Assembly (NCBI RefSeq): GCF_003428155.1
Contig: NZ_QLIR01000026.1
Location: 1 to 22,140, forward strand
Length of the DNA stretch: 22,140 bases
Source of the DNA: Fastidiosibacter lacustris
GTDB taxonomy: Bacteria; Pseudomonadota; Gammaproteobacteria; Francisellales; Francisellaceae
Reading direction: 5' to 3'
Under the pieces are notes generated by a model. The model made no database searches. It was not told the DNA's origin and saw only the letters and a program-made list of their open reading frames with translations. Made by a program: the position numbers and the translations under genes. Position 1 is the first letter of the stretch. Every line of letters begins with the position of its first letter. Positions 18,042-22,140 of this stretch are shown in pieces.

Positions 18042-19406
18042 ATGGCATCATCTTTATATCAAGAACAGGATTACTACAGAGGCGTATATGAAGCGCATCC
18101 TAAAGAACATTTTTCGCCTTTTAGACGTGATTATGCACGTGTGATCCATTCAGCTTCTTTTCGGCGTTTACAAGGTAAAACGCAGATTTTTCCTTGTTCA
18201 GAGAGTGAATTTTTTAGAAATCGCTTAACGCATTCATTGGAAGTGGCTCAAATTGCAAAGTCAATTGCAACAGGACTTAATTCACGTTTTAGCTTAGATA
18301 TTGACACTGATTTAGTTGAAACCGCTGCACTTTGTCATGATATTGGTCATCCGCCTTTTGGTCATAATGGCGAAAAGGCATTGCATGCTAAAATGCTTGA
18401 ATTTGGCGGTTTTGAAGGCAATGCCCAAGCGCTTCGCCTATTAGCAAAGACTGAAAAAAAAATCTTTGAAGGCGAAGGTCCTATTCATTCAGGTAAAGAT
18501 AACCGTTTTGGTTTGAATTTAACATACAGAACGCTAGCTGCAATCTTAAAATATGACAAAGAAATTCCAAGTTATATCATTAGTTCAAGTGGCTATCCGA
18601 TAAAGGGTTATTATTTAAGTGAAAAAATGTTGGTTGAAAAAATTAAGCAGCATGTATTAGCGGGTTATTCAGAAGGTGTCTTAGTAGGTAAAAAATTTAA
18701 AACTATTGAATGTTCGATAATGGATTTGGCCGATGATATTGCTTATTCTACTTACGACATTGAGGATGCGTTTAAAGGAGGTTTCCTTGATCCGCTTTCG
18801 ATGTTAAATACCGAGCACAAGTTGCTTAAAAAAGTTCAACAGCAAGCAGAGTTAGATGGCATTATTGTGAGTATTTCGGACATTCAATCTGTATTGAGAT
18901 CCATTTTTGAAGGCATCATAGATTTTGATGCTAAATTTACTGACATTTATCAGCAAGCAAAGAAACTAGCAAATTCAAGTTATTTGCGCACAAAATTTAC
19001 TTCAAATTTAGTACATTATTGTATTTCAAACGTTGAACTTGATTGTGACAAAAACTGTCCTGTGCTATCCAGTGTACACCTTAGTCCTAAAGTACGTAAG
19101 CAAGTTGAAATATTAAAGTTATTTGTTTACTTTACGGTAATCAGTGCGCCAAAAATGAACGTTGTGCGCTATCAAGGACGCGAGATTATTTCAACTCTGT
19201 TTGATATTTTAATTGCTTCACAATTTGAGACTTCTTTGTTACCAGAAGATGTAGGTGAAATTTTTTATGCCTATCATTTAGATGATCAAGCTAATCGCGC
19301 ACGTACAATTAGCGATTTTATTGCCAGTATGACAGATCGCTATGCAATAGAGTTATATAGCCGATTTACATCGAGCTCGGCACAAAGCATATTTAAACCT
19401 GTTTAA
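18042..19406 (+). CDS. dGTPase-like deoxynucleoside triphosphate triphosphohydrolase (HD domain)
   Basis: 454 aa. It contains FRRDYARVIHSASFRRLQGKTQ, FRNRLTHSLEVAQIA and LCHDIGHPPFGHNGE, the signature of the Dgt family. Confidence 0.88.
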   Translation: MASSLYQEQDYYRGVYEAHPKEHFSPFRRDYARVIHSASFRRLQGKTQIFPCSESEFFRNRLTHSLEVAQIAKSIATGLNSRFSLDIDTDLVETAALCHDIGHPPFGHNGEKALHAKMLEFGGFEGNAQALRLLAKTEKKIFEGEGPIHSGKDNRFGLNLTYRTLAAILKYDKEIPSYIISSSGYPIKGYYLSEKMLVEKIKQHVLAGYSEGVLVGKKFKTIECSIMDLADDIAYSTYDIEDAFKGGFLDPLSMLNTEHKLLKKVQQQAELDGIIVSISDIQSVLRSIFEGIIDFDAKFTDIYQQAKKLANSSYLRTKFTSNLVHYCISNVELDCDKNCPVLSSVHLSPKVRKQVEILKLFVYFTVISAPKMNVVRYQGREIISTLFDILIASQFETSLLPEDVGEIFYAYHLDDQANRARTISDFIASMTDRYAIELYSRFTSSSAQSIFKPV

Positions 19407-19407
19407 A

Positions 19408-20460
19408 ATGTATATTCAAAACCTTAATATTTATCAGTTTCGTAACTTAAGTGAAGTTGCTATGACACTTCATCCTAAGCTTAATCTGATTAGTGGTCAA
19501 AATGGAAGTGGTAAAACTTCCATTTTGGAGGCGATCTACTTTTTGTCTCTAGGACGATCGTTTAGGAGTGCTCAATTAGCAAGAATTATTAGTCATGAAA
19601 AGGAGAATTTTAAATTATTCTCACGTTTTTATAATGCTAAAGAGAGGACAATTGCAAGCCTGCGTGATAAAACTGGCAAAAGTACAATTAGGTTAGATGG
19701 TGAAGAGGTCAGTTCTCAAGCAGAATTGACGCGCGCATTACCCGTACAATTATTTAATCCTGAGAGTTTTAGTCTTATTAATAGTGGTGCACAACAGCGC
19801 TGTAAACTTCTAGATTGGGGGGTCTTTTATCATAAAAAGAATTTCTTGAATATATGGCAACAAGTTAAGCGTTTAACTAAACAAAGGAATGCTGCATTAA
19901 AGCAAAATTATCCACGTAACTATATTGAGATTTTAGATAGGGAATTAGTGACTAAATCGGAAGCTTTAGATCAAGCACGCTTGGATTATTTCCAAATGCT
20001 TATGCCTAAAATACAAGAGCTATTACTGCTATTTAGTCCTCAATTGCAAGTTGAAATCAGTTATTATCGTGGCTGGTCGCAGGATAAGGCTTTGTTAGAG
20101 GTTTTAATACATAGCTTTCAAAGCGATGTAAAATCTGGCATCACAAGTCATGGTTCGCATCGAGCTGATTTACGCTTTAAAGTAAATGGACATCCTGCTC
20201 AAGATATACTCTCGCGTGGACAGCAAAAGATTCTTATCTCGGCGATTAAGCTTGCCCAAGGGGAAATCTTTTCACAAGAACATCAAAGCGGTTGTATCTA
20301 TTTAGTCGATGATTTACATTCTGAGCTTGATCAAGCACATTTACAGAAAGTATTTAGTAAACTTGTAGAAATTGATGCTCAGATTATTGCTACGGCAATT
20401 AATGCCAATCACCTGTTAAATTTATTTTTAGACAAAGAACATAATCGCTACCAATTGTAA
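19408..20460 (+). CDS. recF: DNA replication and repair protein RecF
   Basis: 350 aa and colinear with E. coli RecF. Shared motifs are GQNGSGKTSILEAIYFLSLGRSFRS, LDWGVF, KQRNAALKQ, GSHRADLRFK, LSRGQQK, LAQGE and YLVDD. Its ATG lies 1 nt after the dGTPase stop. Confidence 0.92.
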   Translation: MYIQNLNIYQFRNLSEVAMTLHPKLNLISGQNGSGKTSILEAIYFLSLGRSFRSAQLARIISHEKENFKLFSRFYNAKERTIASLRDKTGKSTIRLDGEEVSSQAELTRALPVQLFNPESFSLINSGAQQRCKLLDWGVFYHKKNFLNIWQQVKRLTKQRNAALKQNYPRNYIEILDRELVTKSEALDQARLDYFQMLMPKIQELLLLFSPQLQVEISYYRGWSQDKALLEVLIHSFQSDVKSGITSHGSHRADLRFKVNGHPAQDILSRGQQKILISAIKLAQGEIFSQEHQSGCIYLVDDLHSELDQAHLQKVFSKLVEIDAQIIATAINANHLLNLFLDKEHNRYQL

Positions 20461-20622
20461 ATCGATTGTTTTATAACGTTTTAGTATATATTTCATAATT
20501 GTGTTCAAAATAAGGAAAAGCCTTAAGATTTTTGTGCTAAAGTGGAGAAATATCGTTATTCTGGCATATTTACGTATATACTATAGACATTTACGAGTTG
20601 GGATCATGTTTTAGGAGAGACT

Positions 20623-21735
20623 ATGACAGAATTAGATCATGAGCATCATTCAAGCGGATTTGAACATGGTAGGATTAAAGTTATTGGTGTAGGGGGTGGT
20701 GGTGGAAATGCTGTAAGCTACATGGTTGAAAAGGGCTTAAAAGGCGCTAAAATTTATGCCATGAATACAGATAAGCAAGCGTTGGATAAGAATCTTGCCC
20801 CTTTTAAGGTGCAAATTGGTGAATACGTTTCTAAAGGACTGGGAGCAGGGGCAAACCCTGAGGTTGGCTTGAAAGCAGCTCAAGAGAGCATGCACCATAT
20901 AGAAGAAGCTATTGCTGATTGTGATATGTTATTTATTACCGCAGGTATGGGTGGAGGCACTGGTACAGGAGCAGCTGGTATTATTGCTGAGGTGGCTAAG
21001 CGTAAAGGCATTGTAACAGTTGGTGTGGTCACTACCCCGTTTTCTTTTGAAGGGCGACGGCGTGAACTTATTGCAAGACAAGGTATTTCAGCCTTACAAG
21101 AACATGTGAACTCATTAATTGTTATTCCTAATGACAAGCTTAAAAAATCACTAGGAGAAAAAACAACTCTAATGGATGCATTTCATGCAGCAAATGATGT
21201 GTTATATAACGCAATGTCATCAATGACAGGAATTATTCGTACGCCTGGTCATATTAATGTTGATTTTGCAGATGTTAAAACCGTGATGGCTTCTCCTGGA
21301 TTAGCTGTGATTGGTACAGGGCATGCTAAAGGCGAAGATCGTATTTTAAAAGCAGTTGAGAAAGCAGTATCTTGTGAGTTGTTAGAGGATATTGAACTAA
21401 AAGATGCTAAAGGACTTTTGGTATGTGTAACTTCCAGCAATGATATTTCATTGGGTGAATTTACTGAGCTTGGTGATCGTGTAGCTGAGATTGCAGCTCC
21501 TGATGCACCAGTTATTATTGGTACATCAATTAGAAAAGAAATGGGGGATGCAGTAGATATTACCATTATTGCCACAGGGTTTGATGTAGATGTTACAACT
21601 GAGCGTCACGGAGTAGTTCGTCAAGTGAAAACATTGCATAATCAACAACAACTTTCTACCAGTTATAAGGTCTTGAATGAAGGGCAAACTTTAGTGCGTA
21701 AACTTAATCCAGAGGCAAAACCAGATAATCAATAA
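20623..21735 (+). CDS. ftsZ: Cell-division GTPase FtsZ: canonical core, no recognisable conserved C-terminal peptide
   Basis: 370 aa. It contains IKVIGVGGGGGNAV, GLGAGANPEVG, AGMGGGTGTGAA, PFSFEG and NVDFADV (T7 loop), and is highly similar to E. coli FtsZ across the globular core. It has its own SD (AGGAGAG) and a 162-nt upstream gap. There is no ftsA upstream and no lpxC downstream. Confidence 0.9.
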   Translation: MTELDHEHHSSGFEHGRIKVIGVGGGGGNAVSYMVEKGLKGAKIYAMNTDKQALDKNLAPFKVQIGEYVSKGLGAGANPEVGLKAAQESMHHIEEAIADCDMLFITAGMGGGTGTGAAGIIAEVAKRKGIVTVGVVTTPFSFEGRRRELIARQGISALQEHVNSLIVIPNDKLKKSLGEKTTLMDAFHAANDVLYNAMSSMTGIIRTPGHINVDFADVKTVMASPGLAVIGTGHAKGEDRILKAVEKAVSCELLEDIELKDAKGLLVCVTSSNDISLGEFTELGDRVAEIAAPDAPVIIGTSIRKEMGDAVDITIIATGFDVDVTTERHGVVRQVKTLHNQQQLSTSYKVLNEGQTLVRKLNPEAKPDNQ

Positions 21736-21830
21736 GTTTTTATTTAGGTTCTGGTGAAGGAGTATTAAAATAACTGTGTAAATTCATTCATAGGTTATAC
21801 TGGTTAAAACTTATAATCTAGGAACGAAAG

Positions 21831-21947
21831 GTGAGAAATGGAAAACAAAATGAAGCTTTAAATCAAGCGTTTGATCTGATTGTTGATTCAGGCGCTGATC
21901 TGTCAAATTTATTTAAATCAGAAAGTTTGCTAAAACAACTCACAAAA
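21831..21947 (+). pseudogene. IS256 (Mutator)-family transposase, N-terminal stub
   Basis: The translation ..NEALNQAFDLIVDSGADLSNLFKSESLLKQLTKGM resembles the conserved IS256-family N-terminus (...dl..L...dGLLKQLTK.L.E.aLeaE). The similarity stops after about 35 residues and no DDE domain follows. Confidence 0.4.
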
Positions 21948-22001
21948 GGGATGCATCAATTAAAAGTAAACAAGAAGATAAAAGTGATCAAGGAGGCTTT
22001 T

Positions 22002-22140
22002 ATGCAAACTAATGGTTTTGATGAGGCGATTTACCGCTCCCCGTTTGGATTAGTGAAATTGCAAGCCAATGATCAATATCTTTTGTTTTGTGAGTGGCTG
22101 AACGAATTAACAGAGGAAGTTAAGTCCAATAACAAAGTGT
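22002..22140 (+). CDS. Partial CDS running off the window, possibly methylated-DNA-protein-cysteine methyltransferase (Ogt/MGMT N-terminal domain)
   Basis: The ATG is preceded by AGGAGG with a 5-nt spacer. MQTNGFDEAIYRSPFGLVKLQANDQYLLFCEW fits the MGMT N-terminal pattern (..sPlG.l.l.a.d..L..l.W). Only 46 codons are visible. Confidence 0.35.
   Translation, partial: MQTNGFDEAIYRSPFGLVKLQANDQYLLFCEWLNELTEEVKSNNKV

Noticed and set aside
18042-20460. dGTPase plus ABC-type ATPase pair as an anti-phage dNTP-depletion or defence module
   Set aside because: The ATPase is a full-length, motif-by-motif match to housekeeping RecF. The HD protein has the standard Dgt-family signature and size. There are no flanking mobile or defence genes, so the housekeeping interpretation is far more parsimonious.
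20880-21575. Two antisense ORFs inside ftsZ (85 and 108 aa, rich in Ala, Ser, Pro and Thr)
   Set aside because: They are mirror-image ORFs of a Gly/Ala-rich, relatively GC-rich gene. They are low-complexity, have no start context, and lie entirely within a confidently called CDS.

Overview
This is a low-GC (AT-rich) gammaproteobacterial chromosome segment that is mostly housekeeping genes. It opens with a complete 5S rRNA at the 3' end of an rrn operon. The housekeeping genes, in order, are a PBP-like protein and a YoaK-family membrane protein, gnd, a pmbA-lysO-ferredoxin operon, purB, galE, rne, a ROK fructokinase, lapA-tsaD, a dGTPase-like gene coupled to recF, and a stand-alone ftsZ. I could not assign the organism. 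The gene content, AT-richness and multiple dead mobile elements fit a host-associated lineage of the Legionellales or Thiotrichales type, but that is only an inference.

The one clearly accessory stretch is about 2129-4997. It holds a decayed Tn3-family transposon of about 2.4 kb. Its terminal inverted repeats begin GGGGT on the right and AGGGC (first G mutated) on the left, and match at 34 of the first 37 positions. A tnpR C-terminal stub is fused head-to-head to the last third of a multiply disrupted tnpA. The transposon lies between the N-terminal and C-terminal remnants of a dead IS5-family transposase. Its only apparently intact content is a small minus-strand operon (2637-3646) encoding signal-peptide-bearing proteins I cannot place in any family. 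That operon is the best candidate here for something undescribed.

Other points worth a second look:
- An ftsZ that sits outside any dcw context, lacks the conserved C-terminal anchor peptide, has a His-rich N-terminus, and is followed by an IS256-like transposase stub.
- A perfect 9-bp hairpin that sequesters the rne Shine-Dalgarno sequence.
- A 907-bp rne/fructokinase intergenic region with a possible rluC relic.
- recF coupled to a dGTPase-like gene instead of dnaN/gyrB.

I saw no CRISPR array and no tRNA.
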